A DNA stretch of 64,000 nucleotides from positions 1-64,000 of the IMG/VR virus record IMGVR_UViG_3300036792_000198, one strand, 5' to 3'. Source of the stretch: a virus. Below are positions 1-8,045 of this stretch, in pieces. Within the stretch, counting starts at the first letter, position 1, and every line of letters starts with the position of its first letter. The position numbers were made by a program, and so were the translations under genes. The notes under the pieces are model-generated. The model worked only from the letters and a program-made list of their open reading frames with translations. It was not told the origin of the DNA and made no database searches.

Positions 1-1
1 G

Positions 2-1984
2 GCTGAGCTGATCGCGAAGGCGCTGCTGGGGGACGCCCTCGTCGCCACCGGAACCGAGGCGGCCCGCATGCGCGACGCCATCGCGGCCGGGGAGCCGATC
101 GACATCGGCGACGGCGAGATGGTAATGGCGGGCAGCCTCCTGTCACTGCCCGGCTACGGCAAGGTGCAGCACACCTACGAGGACATGCTGGCCGCCCACG
201 AGGCCCTCGCAGCCTCCGCCGGCGACCGGGTGACGCTGCTGCACAAGGGCTGGTCACTCGACAACGAGGCCACCGGGCTTTACACGCAGCTCGCCGGCTC
301 GCGGGTGCCGCTCGCCGGGGAGGACCGGGAGCTGCTGGCCGCCCTGGCCCGCCGGTGCGTCTCCGGCCCGCAGCCGGAACGCATCCCGGTGCGGGAGAAC
401 CGGGCGCTGATCAACGAGGTTGCCCTGGAGCACGGGTGCGTGCTCCTCGCCGACACCGTCACCGACGTGCTGCGCCTCCTCACCGTAACCTCTGGCGGTG
501 ACGTCACCCTGGAAACAGCCACCCGGTTCCGCTCGCTGCCCCGCGCTGACCGCCGCGTCATCATGGCGACACTGGAGACGGTCGTCGCCGCGAACGCGGC
601 GAAGCTGCGGGACGTGCCCCGGTACGCGGAGGAGTGGAAGCGGGCCGGGGAGCGGCTTCACCCGCACGAGTACCCTGATTACCCGCAGGCGCAGCGGGTG
701 TTCGCCGTGGCCCGGGGCGAGGAGGACGCCCCCTCGGTCGCCGCCATGGTCGACCTCCATGTCCGGTCGGGCCAGCGGATAAAGGCAGCGCAGCTGCTGC
801 GGCACGCCGCCCCAGGGATGCTCGCCCGGTCCCTGGACCGGCTGCTGCGCGACGCCACGCCGGGTCAGGCGAGTCTGGTCCTGCGAGCCATGGAGCAGGC
901 CGCGCCGGACGTGTCGGCCCGGGTGCTGCTGTCAGCCCGGGAGCACTTCCAGAACCGGGTCGGCGGCGACGGGCAGGGCCTGCCGCGTATCTTCGCGAAC
1001 CGTTCCGGCCGCGCCTGGGTCCGGCCGGAAGACCGGCCCGGCATTGACAAGGACGCGCGGAACGAGCTGCTGGCCCTGCTGGACGAAGAGATCGGCTCCC
1101 GCCTGCCGTCAGGCGGGCGGCTAATCGTCGACCCGGCCGTGCTGGGCGTGGCGCTGCCGCTGTCCGGCAAGCCGGCCGCCCCGGGCCTCGGCGTGATGCC
1201 ACGCGGCTCGGTGTCGGACGTGGTGCCCGGCGACCAGGACGTGCTCACGTTCTTCAACTACTGGCGGGAGGAGAAGCACCGCACCGACTACGACCTGTCG
1301 GCGCTGTTGACCACCCGCGAGTTCGACCGCACCGACTGGGTGTCCTGGCAGTCGTTCGGGTCAGCGGACGGGGCCGTGGTGTACTCCGGTGACGTCACCA
1401 GCGCGCCGGACGGGGCCACCGAGTTCATCTCCGTTGACCTGCGGCACGCCAGCCTGCCGGTGATCGTCCCGCAGGTGCTGGTGTACTCCGGCGAGCCGTT
1501 CGACGAGGCCGCCGAGTCGTTCTTCGGCTACGACCTGCGGGCAAAGAAGGACAAGGGCGCCCCCTTCGAGGCGGCGACGGTGCGGATGAAGTCGGAGCTG
1601 CGCGGCAACGGGAAGGTGGCGCTGCCGCTGGCGTTCATCCGGGGCGACGACGGCAAGTGGCGGGTCAAGTGGCTGCACTTCTACCTGAAGGGCTCCCCTC
1701 AGTTCAACGTCGTCCAGGGCCACAAGGTCACCGCGAGCCTCCTCGCCCGCACCGTCATCGAGCGGGACTACCTCCAGGTCCGGTACCTGACCGCGCTGGC
1801 GGGCGTGCGGGCAGCGGACGGGATCGCGGTGCCCATGCGGACCCCGGACATGGTGTCGCGCCTCGCCGCCGAGTCGGACGTGCCGGTGACGTACATCGGC
1901 CTGGAGCGGCCGGACGGGCTGCCGGACGGCACGACGGTGATCACGCTCAATAACCTGTCGGAACTGATCCCCGACTTACGGTAG
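2..1984 (+). CDS. large hypothetical protein, 5' end outside window; C-terminal part weakly TerD-like
   Basis: ORF 68..1984 from the track. The same frame has no stop back to nt 2, so the gene probably starts upstream of the window. GC3 is high. The segment DYDLSALLTT...YSGDVTSAPDGATEFISVDL resembles the TerD-family beta-sandwich signature, from memory only. Confidence 0.6.
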   Translation, partial: AELIAKALLGDALVATGTEAARMRDAIAAGEPIDIGDGEMVMAGSLLSLPGYGKVQHTYEDMLAAHEALAASAGDRVTLLHKGWSLDNEATGLYTQLAGSRVPLAGEDRELLAALARRCVSGPQPERIPVRENRALINEVALEHGCVLLADTVTDVLRLLTVTSGGDVTLETATRFRSLPRADRRVIMATLETVVAANAAKLRDVPRYAEEWKRAGERLHPHEYPDYPQAQRVFAVARGEEDAPSVAAMVDLHVRSGQRIKAAQLLRHAAPGMLARSLDRLLRDATPGQASLVLRAMEQAAPDVSARVLLSAREHFQNRVGGDGQGLPRIFANRSGRAWVRPEDRPGIDKDARNELLALLDEEIGSRLPSGGRLIVDPAVLGVALPLSGKPAAPGLGVMPRGSVSDVVPGDQDVLTFFNYWREEKHRTDYDLSALLTTREFDRTDWVSWQSFGSADGAVVYSGDVTSAPDGATEFISVDLRHASLPVIVPQVLVYSGEPFDEAAESFFGYDLRAKKDKGAPFEAATVRMKSELRGNGKVALPLAFIRGDDGKWRVKWLHFYLKGSPQFNVVQGHKVTASLLARTVIERDYLQVRYLTALAGVRAADGIAVPMRTPDMVSRLAAESDVPVTYIGLERPDGLPDGTTVITLNNLSELIPDLR

Positions 1985-2000
1985 GGTCAGTACCAGCGGA

Positions 2001-2250
2001 GGCCATGAGGGAACTTCCTTCTATCTTTCGAGCAGATGACCTAGTTCCCCCGCTTCCCTCCGCCCCCGGCCTGGCCGGGGGCCATGCCTGGCCGGGGGCC
2101 ATGGCAGCGCTTCCTTCTAAATCCGTTTAGGGAACCGATGTTAGCGCCGCCGCTCTCCCCCGGCCGTGATCGTGAGGCCATGGGCCGGCTTCCTTCTACA
2201 GCCCCCGCAAGGGAGCATCCAAAGATTTAGCCGCCCCGCTCTCCTCGCCC
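2001..2250. repeat. three degenerate 80-96 bp direct repeats, each headed by GGCCATG-N6-CTTCCTTCTA
   Basis: The exact bipartite motif occurs at 2001..2023, 2097..2119 and 2176..2198. Each unit ends in a related C-rich tail (ctagttcccccgcttccctccgcc / ttagcgccgccgctctccccc / ttagccgccccgctctcctcgcc). A nested tandem duplication ctggccgggggccatg sits at 2071..2086 and 2088..2103. Confidence 0.8.
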
Positions 2251-2323
2251 CGTAACCGCCGTTCCCCGTCCCCGTGGGAGCGGCGGTTCGCGTTTCTGCC
2301 CCGCCCAGGGCACACTACGGGTC

Positions 2324-2650
2324 ATGGTCATCAAGCCGGAGGACGTACCGGACAAGGTGCTGGACACGCTGCTGGCGGAGCAGCCATCCGGCAGCGACAA
2401 GCGAGTTGACTGGCGGGACGGCTGGCGCTCCGCCCTGGCGCTGACGCTGACCGCCTGGGAAGGCAGCAAGCCGGCTACCTACCAGGCGCACGAGTGCCGG
2501 TGGAAGACCGCCGGGTCAAAGAACGCCGGCGTCTTCGGCATCAGGGTGACGTACGTGCTGCAGCGCTGCACCGGGTGCGGGACGCTACGGACAACCCAGC
2601 TGCAGGGGGAGTGGACGCCGGCCGAGGTAGCTGACGGGCGGCAGTCGTAA
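2324..2650 (+). CDS. hypothetical protein (108 aa)
   Basis: Track ORF with high GC3. It is the first + strand gene after the repeat region. It contains a CxxC pair (QRCTGCG). Confidence 0.55.
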   Translation: MVIKPEDVPDKVLDTLLAEQPSGSDKRVDWRDGWRSALALTLTAWEGSKPATYQAHECRWKTAGSKNAGVFGIRVTYVLQRCTGCGTLRTTQLQGEWTPAEVADGRQS

Positions 2651-2998
2651 CGGCGTCAGCTCACCCCGCCAGGACTTCGCGATCCGCTCCGCCTCTGCGG
2701 CCTGCTGCACCTCGGCGCCGCGCTGCTGCTCACGGTCGTGGTTCTCCCAGATCTCGAAGACGCGGGCGAACGCCTCACCCCAGGTGGGCTTGTCGATGAT
2801 CAGGACGCTGACCATGTCGGCCTCGACGTGCCAGGCGACCGCGTAGCTGTCGGTGTCCCGCTGCCCCCAGTTCAGCCGGCCGGGGGGTATGTCGCGGCTG
2901 GCGTACAGGCGGACCCCGCCGCCGGGCCGGTCAACGCCGACCATGACGAACTTCGGCTGCCCGTCTGACGGCACCCGCACGGCAGGATCTGACTTCAC
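2585..2998 (-). CDS. hypothetical protein, paralog of 3065..3412
   Basis: Track ORF with a GTG start. PKFVMVGVDRPGGGVRLYASRDI and IDKPTWGEAFARVFEIWE align with PDWVMCGVTLPSGGVRLIASKEL and IEAPDYPAAFKALFEDWA of the divergent neighbour. The 3' 66 nt overlap the convergent gene 2324..2650. Confidence 0.55.
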   Translation of the reverse strand: MKSDPAVRVPSDGQPKFVMVGVDRPGGGVRLYASRDIPPGRLNWGQRDTDSYAVAWHVEADMVSVLIIDKPTWGEAFARVFEIWENHDREQQRGAEVQQAAEAERIAKSWRGELTPLRLPPVSYLGRRPLPLQLGCP

Positions 2999-3037
2999 GC
3001 CCCGGAGGCTACCGCACCCCCGGTTGAGTGAACCCCC

Positions 3038-3055
3038 GGACAGGCGGGACAGGCG
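3038..3055. repeat. tandem 9-mer GGACAGGCG x2 in a divergent intergenic region
   Basis: ggacaggcg at 3038..3046 and again at 3047..3055, between the divergent starts at 2998 and 3065. Confidence 0.7.
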
Positions 3056-3064
3056 GGCCGTACG

Positions 3065-3412
3065 ATGACCCGCATGTCGCCAGGCGCCTTCGGTATCTCC
3101 TCACGCCCTGACTGGGTGATGTGCGGTGTCACGCTGCCGTCTGGCGGGGTGCGGCTGATCGCGTCCAAGGAGCTGACCCGGGCGGACCTGGAAGCCCAGT
3201 GGGAGCGCGCGTACCCCCAGTTCGATACCTGGGAGGTGCTGTCGCCGCCGTTCGGGCACGCCCGCATCACCTTGACGACGGAGATACGCGGCTTCGTGAT
3301 GATCGAGGCACCGGACTACCCGGCGGCGTTCAAGGCACTGTTCGAGGACTGGGCGCCGCAGGCCCCGCCCCGCCCCGGCATCAGCGAGGGACAGCAGGAG
3401 CTGACAACATGA
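3065..3412 (+). CDS. hypothetical protein, paralog of 2585..2998
   Basis: Track ORF with high GC3. Similar to the divergent neighbour (see that entry). Confidence 0.6.
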   Translation: MTRMSPGAFGISSRPDWVMCGVTLPSGGVRLIASKELTRADLEAQWERAYPQFDTWEVLSPPFGHARITLTTEIRGFVMIEAPDYPAAFKALFEDWAPQAPPRPGISEGQQELTT

Positions 3413-3705
3413 CGATGCCGCCGCCTGGCGCTGTCCCGCAGGTACCTGCCCCGACCCCGTTCGACACGGGCAACACCCTGCTGGGCGAGCAGCCCGCCAT
3501 GTTCTTCACGGCGGTCATCGACACGCCCCTGGGGCAGCGGCTCGCCGCGACGATCCGCACCGCGTCCACGACGCTGACCGTGTTCCTGTCCGGCGCGGAC
3601 GCCAAGAACTGGGCCGCCCAGTTCAGCCGGGACGCCGGGGCCATGTCCGGCGCGGGCCTGGTGGTCGCGAACGGGCAGGTGCCGAAGCTGCCGCCGAAGG
3701 GGTGA
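3409..3705 (+). CDS. hypothetical protein (98 aa)
   Basis: Internal ATG of track ORF 3121..3705. The ATGA overlap with the stop of 3065..3412 suggests translational coupling. Confidence 0.6.
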   Translation: MTMPPPGAVPQVPAPTPFDTGNTLLGEQPAMFFTAVIDTPLGQRLAATIRTASTTLTVFLSGADAKNWAAQFSRDAGAMSGAGLVVANGQVPKLPPKG

Positions 3706-3805
3706 CGGATAGGCGGGTTTGCCGGACAGGGCAGGCCAGCGGCGGTTAGCGTGAGTGCCCGGAGCCGCAAAGGTGACCTGCTGTCCCGCTGTCGTTAGGA
3801 GCCTC

Positions 3806-4141
3806 ATGACCACGCCCCCGCCCTCAGGCACCCCCACCCTGTCCCTCGCCACTGACGCCGCCAGCTACGTGGCCGGGCAGACCCTGACGCTGACCGCCAC
3901 CTACGCCGACAGCCAGTCCAACCCGGTCACCCTCGTCATCAGCGAGACGATGACCGACAGCGCCGGCAACTCCGCCTCCGCGACCACGTCGGTGACGGTC
4001 GTTGAGCAGGCCAGCCAGTCGATGGACGGCACCCCCACGGACAGTTTCGGCGACACCTACACCGAGATGTCCAACGGCCTGTCCAACGGCACCGGCACTG
4101 CCGTCTACACCACGACCGTGACCCTGCCGTCCGGTGGCTGA
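3806..4141 (+). CDS. Thr/Ser-rich beta-strand (Ig-like?) protein, possibly truncated by a frame break
   Basis: ATG at 3806 is preceded by aggag, in the frame of track ORF 3755..4141. It contains the module PVTLVISETMTDSAGNSASATTSVTVVEQ. Confidence 0.6.
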   Translation: MTTPPPSGTPTLSLATDAASYVAGQTLTLTATYADSQSNPVTLVISETMTDSAGNSASATTSVTVVEQASQSMDGTPTDSFGDTYTEMSNGLSNGTGTAVYTTTVTLPSGG

Positions 4142-4235
4142 GCTGACCATCTCCCTGACGATGACCGACTCCGCCGGCCAGTCGGTCACGGAGTCGGTCA
4201 CGGTTGAGGTGGCCGACACGGAGGAGACGCGATGA
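4122..4235 (+). other. +1-frame continuation encoding a second copy of the TMTDSAG...SVTV module
   Basis: This frame is open from 4122 and reads ...VAELTISLTMTDSAGQSVTESVTVEVADTEETR. Its TGA (4233..4235) overlaps the ATG of the next gene (4232) as ATGA. Confidence 0.4.
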
Positions 4236-4528
4236 GCAGCGGGCCAGCGGAGCATGCCAGGACAGCGGTCGGCCTCGGCGACGTGAACGTGTCACTGAAG
4301 GTGAACGTGGACCAGGCGGACGTCACCTGCGAGCTGCTGTACCGGGGCAACAAGGTACTGGTCACGTTCCCGCTGGAAGGCGGGCAGGCCCGTGCGGTGC
4401 AGGTGCCGGGCATGTCCCACCGGGCAGCCTCGAAGATCGTGCGGGGCGACTTAAACCCGGTGCGGCGGCGCAGGCTGTACCACCCTGGCCTCCGGCCGGT
4501 TCCCCGGGGCCCGGGACTGGGTGACTGA
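4232..4528 (+). CDS. hypothetical protein (98 aa)
   Basis: Track ORF with high GC3. Confidence 0.55.
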   Translation: MSSGPAEHARTAVGLGDVNVSLKVNVDQADVTCELLYRGNKVLVTFPLEGGQARAVQVPGMSHRAASKIVRGDLNPVRRRRLYHPGLRPVPRGPGLGD

Positions 4529-4571
4529 GCCGCGCCACCGTGGATGTGACTCAGGTCACGCGCGCTGTGCA

Positions 4572-4579
4572 CACTAGTG
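4572..4579. promoter_or_regulatory. CACTAGTG palindrome (copy 1 of 3), next to inverted repeat GTGAC-TCAG-GTCAC (4545..4558)
   Basis: Read directly in the gap between 4528 and the next start. Confidence 0.35.
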
Positions 4580-4617
4580 GACAGAACAAGGTGCCCCGCT
4601 GGTGCCATGCTAGGCGC

Positions 4618-4944
4618 ATGAACACCGCAGAGAGGGAAACCGCCTACCAGGCGGCACTGAACGGGGACGGTGCCAGCGACATCGAGGACGCCATCGCCCA
4701 GGTATGCGCCACGCTGCCAGGGCACATGGAAGAACGGGCTGGCGCACTGTGGGAAGGCGCGCTGCTCGCCGAGGCGCAGCCGTGGCAGCTCGCCGAGCTG
4801 GTCGGGCGGCAAGACTGGCCGGCCCTCGCGGCGCTGGCCAACATATCCGAGTCAGGTGACCGCCCGTGGTCGAAAGCGGCCCGCCTCAGCCGGGAGCGGT
4901 TCGCCAGCTGGCGGCAACCAGCCGAGACGGTGCCCGAACAGTGA
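4618..4944 (+). CDS. hypothetical protein
   Basis: Track ORF 4540..4944. The ATG at 4618 is preferred because 4540..4617 holds the palindromes, but the start is uncertain. Confidence 0.5.
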   Translation: MNTAERETAYQAALNGDGASDIEDAIAQVCATLPGHMEERAGALWEGALLAEAQPWQLAELVGRQDWPALAALANISESGDRPWSKAARLSRERFASWRQPAETVPEQ

Positions 4945-5504
4945 AAACGAAGATCATCGAGGCGGTTCAGTCGCGGGAGCATCCCGGCAACTGGGGGAAG
5001 TTCCTGGTCAGCGCCCTCGACGGGGAATGGGCGCGTGACAGCAAGGTCCACCCGCCGGGCGCGCGGCTACTGAACGCCTGCGGGTGGAGTAGCCGCCATG
5101 CGCTGGTGCATGACCTGCAAACCGGCGAGGGCGCGTTCTTCAAGCTAGGCGGCTACGCGCACGCCGACCTGGAAAAGCACGCCATCTGGGTGTGCCCGCT
5201 GTTCGAGCCGTTCCTGGAATGGCTGTACGAGCAGGCCCGGGACAGCGGCGGCCAGCTTGACCTGGACAGCCTCCCGGACGTCGTGGAACTGCCAGCAGCG
5301 GAGTTCGCGTCGCAGGGTCACCGGCGCCCCGGGCCTGAGCTTGAGGCGACGCAGGCCGTCCTCCGCAACGCACTGGAGGCCCTGTGCAGGCGCGACGGCC
5401 AGCCACTGGACAGCGACGCCGAGCCGGGTGCCCCCGCCCGGAACTACGAGCTGGCCCTGCGGCTCGGCATCGGGGAGGTCTTCGGGCTGGTAGGCCCCGG
5501 ATGA
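4941..5504 (+). CDS. hypothetical protein (187 aa)
   Basis: In the frame of track ORF 4866..5504. The GTG at 4941 forms a GTGA overlap with the upstream stop. Confidence 0.6.
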   Translation: MKTKIIEAVQSREHPGNWGKFLVSALDGEWARDSKVHPPGARLLNACGWSSRHALVHDLQTGEGAFFKLGGYAHADLEKHAIWVCPLFEPFLEWLYEQARDSGGQLDLDSLPDVVELPAAEFASQGHRRPGPELEATQAVLRNALEALCRRDGQPLDSDAEPGAPARNYELALRLGIGEVFGLVGPG

Positions 5505-5821
5505 CGAGGGGACGCAGGGTTCAGTCGATCGCGGCACTGGAACGGCCTGGCGACTACTACGGGCCCACCTCGGCGTACACCGGCGGGGTGCCGGCGGTGT
5601 TCTTCCTGAAGCCGAACGCCCGTGACCCGGACGCGCCCGCCGCAGCGCGCGGCGTCCAGCACGTGTGCTCACCGCCGCACGTGTTCCGCGAGTGCCCCGA
5701 CGGGTCACTGGAGATCCGCGAGTCAATCAGCAGCCGGCTGCGCGGCGACACCACCGGGCACAGTGACGACGGCTGGCACGGGTACCTCGACGAGGGACAC
5801 CAGTGGCGGGAGGTTCCGTGA
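5501..5821 (+). CDS. hypothetical protein (106 aa)
   Basis: In the frame of track ORF 5384..5821. The ATG at 5501 forms an ATGA overlap with the upstream stop. Confidence 0.6.
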   Translation: MTRGRRVQSIAALERPGDYYGPTSAYTGGVPAVFFLKPNARDPDAPAAARGVQHVCSPPHVFRECPDGSLEIRESISSRLRGDTTGHSDDGWHGYLDEGHQWREVP

Positions 5822-6042
5822 GGGTCCTCATTGATACCGACGTCGAGCTGTACCCCCAGGTGACGCTGCTGTTCGGGGACAGCGAGATCGTGTTCCCGGC
5901 GGTCCCGAGGGAGTGGGAGCACCGGGCCGGCGCTGAGGTTCCCGACGACGTGGCGGCCCGCTGGAAAGCTGCCCGTGACACGTGGCTGGCCGTTCAGGAA
6001 GAGGCCGCCCGTTACATCGGGAAAGGCGGCTGGCGGGACTGA
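5818..6042 (+). CDS. hypothetical protein (74 aa)
   Basis: In the frame of track ORF 5803..6042. The GTG at 5818 forms a GTGA overlap with the upstream stop. Confidence 0.55.
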   Translation: MRVLIDTDVELYPQVTLLFGDSEIVFPAVPREWEHRAGAEVPDDVAARWKAARDTWLAVQEEAARYIGKGGWRD

Positions 6043-6093
6043 CGGCCCGGCGTGGTATACGTGTCCTAACAGCCCCGCCAGCCGAGGAGAGAC

Positions 6094-6378
6094 GTGGCCG
6101 GGAAACGGAGACCAGCGGGCGCGGCACGCGGCTACGTGCCCGCCGCACCCGGGTACCGCAACCCTGACCACGTGCTGACGTACCGGCAGGCCCAGATCCT
6201 GCGGGCGATCCGCGAGTCAATCAGCACCCGGGGTATCCCCCCGTCGATGCGGGAGATCGGCGACGCGGTCGGCCTGGCATCAGCGAACAGCGTCTCCTAC
6301 CAGATCCGGCAGCTCCGCAAGTACGGCTACCTGGTCCAGGTGCCGCCGATGGGCTCCTCCCGGCGGCCCGCGTCATAA
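6094..6378 (+). CDS. LexA N-terminal-like winged-helix DNA-binding protein without a peptidase domain
   Basis: LTYRQAQILRAIRESISTRGIPPSMREIGDAVGLASANSVSYQIRQLRKYGYL matches the LexA DNA-binding domain pattern LT.RQ..I...I......G.PPS.REI....GL.S...V..HL..L...G.L. The protein is only 94 aa, and there is no Ser/Lys dyad region. Confidence 0.75.
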   Translation: MAGKRRPAGAARGYVPAAPGYRNPDHVLTYRQAQILRAIRESISTRGIPPSMREIGDAVGLASANSVSYQIRQLRKYGYLVQVPPMGSSRRPAS

Positions 6379-6380
6379 GC

Positions 6381-6422
6381 AAGGCGGGCGCCCGGCCGTT
6401 CGCGGTTCACCGGGCCGCCCTT
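6381..6422. terminator. imperfect GC hairpin between convergent genes
   Basis: aaggcgggcgcccgg ... ccgggccgccctt, with one bulge and no T tract. Confidence 0.3.
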
Positions 6423-6551
6423 CACCTGGATGGGCGGGGGAGACAGCATCCGGTTACGGTTTCCGGCACCGGCCAGCCGGGGTCCGCCGCGAGCGGCAGC
6501 TGGTCACCCATTGCTAAGCGTTCCCCCTGTGGGAGCCTTGGCAGTCCAGGT

Positions 6552-7961
6552 TCAGTCTAGCGGCGAGACAGGCACCCGGCTGAGCAGCAGCCTGACCGCC
6601 GCCTCGCCCTGCCGGGGCACGACCCCGTTCCCGGTCAGCTTCAGCATCGCGTTCCGCGACAGCCCTGGTACCCCCGTGACCCACCCGGCGGGCAGTCCCA
6701 TCATCCACTCGGACAGCTCAGGGTTAAGCCGCTCGCCGGTTTTCCCCGGCACCGTCGCGGACGGCGCGGGACGCCTGGACAGATCCTCCCAGAGGCGCAC
6801 CGCGATCTCGTACCGGCCCCAGGTGCTCAGGGACGGCGCCAGGTCGAACAGGAACCTGCCCTTGCCGGCATGCTCAGCTGCGGCGTCCGCCACGGCGGGC
6901 GTCGGCAGCAGCATCTTCGCGGGCAGCTCATGCTCCACCTGGTCCGCGAGGGTGGGACCGTGCCCGCCTGCCCGGCGCTTGTCAGGGTGCTGCGACCCGC
7001 CGTTAACGGCGAGCTGCGCAGTCGGCGTCTTGAACAGGGGAGTGTTGCCGGTAACGACGCCTTCCAGGTTCCGGGTCGCCCGCGACTGAAGCCACCAGTC
7101 AACCCCGTCTTTCCAGGCGGCAGGCGCGTTCAGCGTGGACGTGGGAGTTGGCAGAAGCCTTCCGCCGGAGGAGAACAGGGCGTTTTCGGCGACGATCGCC
7201 AGTGACGTGACCCGCGTCCGGCCTGGCTTCTTCCGCAGGTGAACCTCCGGGGAGTTGCCGGAGTCCTGCGCTACGGGCGTCGGCAGCAGCCAGGCGGGGT
7301 CTGCGGCACTTGACCCGGTCACCGCGCAGATCACCCCGGATGCCATGCTGCCTGACGGCGGCAGCGCCTTAACGGGCAGCTGCGGGCCGAACAGGGGAAC
7401 GAACGGCTCAACCCAGGTGCCGTCTTGCAAGACGGCGGCGGGTACGCTCCCTCCCGGCCGCTGCCCGGCCGGGAACGCGATGATGAACAGCCGCTCCCGC
7501 CGGTGGCAGGCCCCGACCGACGACGCGGTCACCACGGCCCACTCGGCGTCGTAACCGAGCCCGGCCAGGTCCGCGAGCACCACGTCGAAACCCAGGGTCA
7601 GGTGGCCGCGCACATTCTCCAGCACGACGAGGGAGGGGCGGAGCGCCCCGATCGCCACGGCGATATGCGGCCAGAGGTGCCGCTTGTCAGCTGCGCCCCG
7701 CCGTCGGCCGGCCTGGGAGAACGGCTGGCAGGGAAACCCGCCGACCAGGATGCTGACCGCACCTACGGACGCCCAGTCGACGGCCTTGACGTCACCCAGG
7801 TTCGGCACGTCAGGGAACCTGTACGCGAGCAGCGCCGACGCGTCCGCGTCGTTGTCGGCAACCCATGCCAGGCTGCCGCCGGTGACCGCCTGGACGGCTA
7901 TGCCCAGGCCCTCGTAGCCGCTGCAAAGGCTGCCGATACGCGGAAGCGCGGCTGCTGTCAC
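6552..7961 (-). CDS. dcm: DNA (cytosine-5)-methyltransferase, orphan
   Basis: C5-MTase motifs occur in order: I LCSGYEGLG, IV GGFPCQPFSQAGRRRG, VI VLENVRG, VIII HRRERLFIIA, X GNGVVP. A long variable region separates VIII and X. No restriction endonuclease was recognised nearby. Confidence 0.9.
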   Translation of the reverse strand: MTAAALPRIGSLCSGYEGLGIAVQAVTGGSLAWVADNDADASALLAYRFPDVPNLGDVKAVDWASVGAVSILVGGFPCQPFSQAGRRRGAADKRHLWPHIAVAIGALRPSLVVLENVRGHLTLGFDVVLADLAGLGYDAEWAVVTASSVGACHRRERLFIIAFPAGQRPGGSVPAAVLQDGTWVEPFVPLFGPQLPVKALPPSGSMASGVICAVTGSSAADPAWLLPTPVAQDSGNSPEVHLRKKPGRTRVTSLAIVAENALFSSGGRLLPTPTSTLNAPAAWKDGVDWWLQSRATRNLEGVVTGNTPLFKTPTAQLAVNGGSQHPDKRRAGGHGPTLADQVEHELPAKMLLPTPAVADAAAEHAGKGRFLFDLAPSLSTWGRYEIAVRLWEDLSRRPAPSATVPGKTGERLNPELSEWMMGLPAGWVTGVPGLSRNAMLKLTGNGVVPRQGEAAVRLLLSRVPVSPLD

Positions 7962-7989
7962 TTGACCTGCCTCTCCTGGTTTCCACCTG

Positions 7990-8025
7990 CGATTATACTG
8001 TACTAACCTGTACCTGGTAACCGTT
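7990..8025. promoter_or_regulatory. AT-rich divergent promoter/operator candidate
   Basis: gattatactgtactaacctgtacctggtaacc carries CTGTAC at 7998..8003 and 8008..8013 (10 bp apart), TAACC twice and a TATACT hexamer. It lies between the divergent methyltransferase and RHH genes. Confidence 0.35.
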
Positions 8026-8045
8026 CACGAGAGAGAGGGCGCGGA

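Noticed and set aside
561-1202. 213 aa minus-strand ORF, and other ORFs overlapping 2..1984 (254..805, 865..1257, 1361..1723).
   Set aside because: The translations are Arg/Pro/Ala/Gly-rich, as is typical of off-frame or antisense reading of high-GC coding DNA. The + strand frame has the coherent protein-like sequence.
2005-2231. Mini-ORFs starting at the ATG inside each GGCCATG repeat (M-x-x-LPS...: 2005..2130 and 2181..2231). Considered as a repeated leader-peptide family.
   Set aside because: Conservation is exact at the DNA level in two half-sites, with a freely varying spacer. The third copy is in a different frame from the first two. There is no SD. A DNA/RNA motif explains it better than coding.
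6430-7089. 219 aa + strand ORF opposite the methyltransferase gene.
   Set aside because: It is antisense to a gene with all C5-MTase motifs. Its product is Ser/Pro/Arg/Gly-rich.
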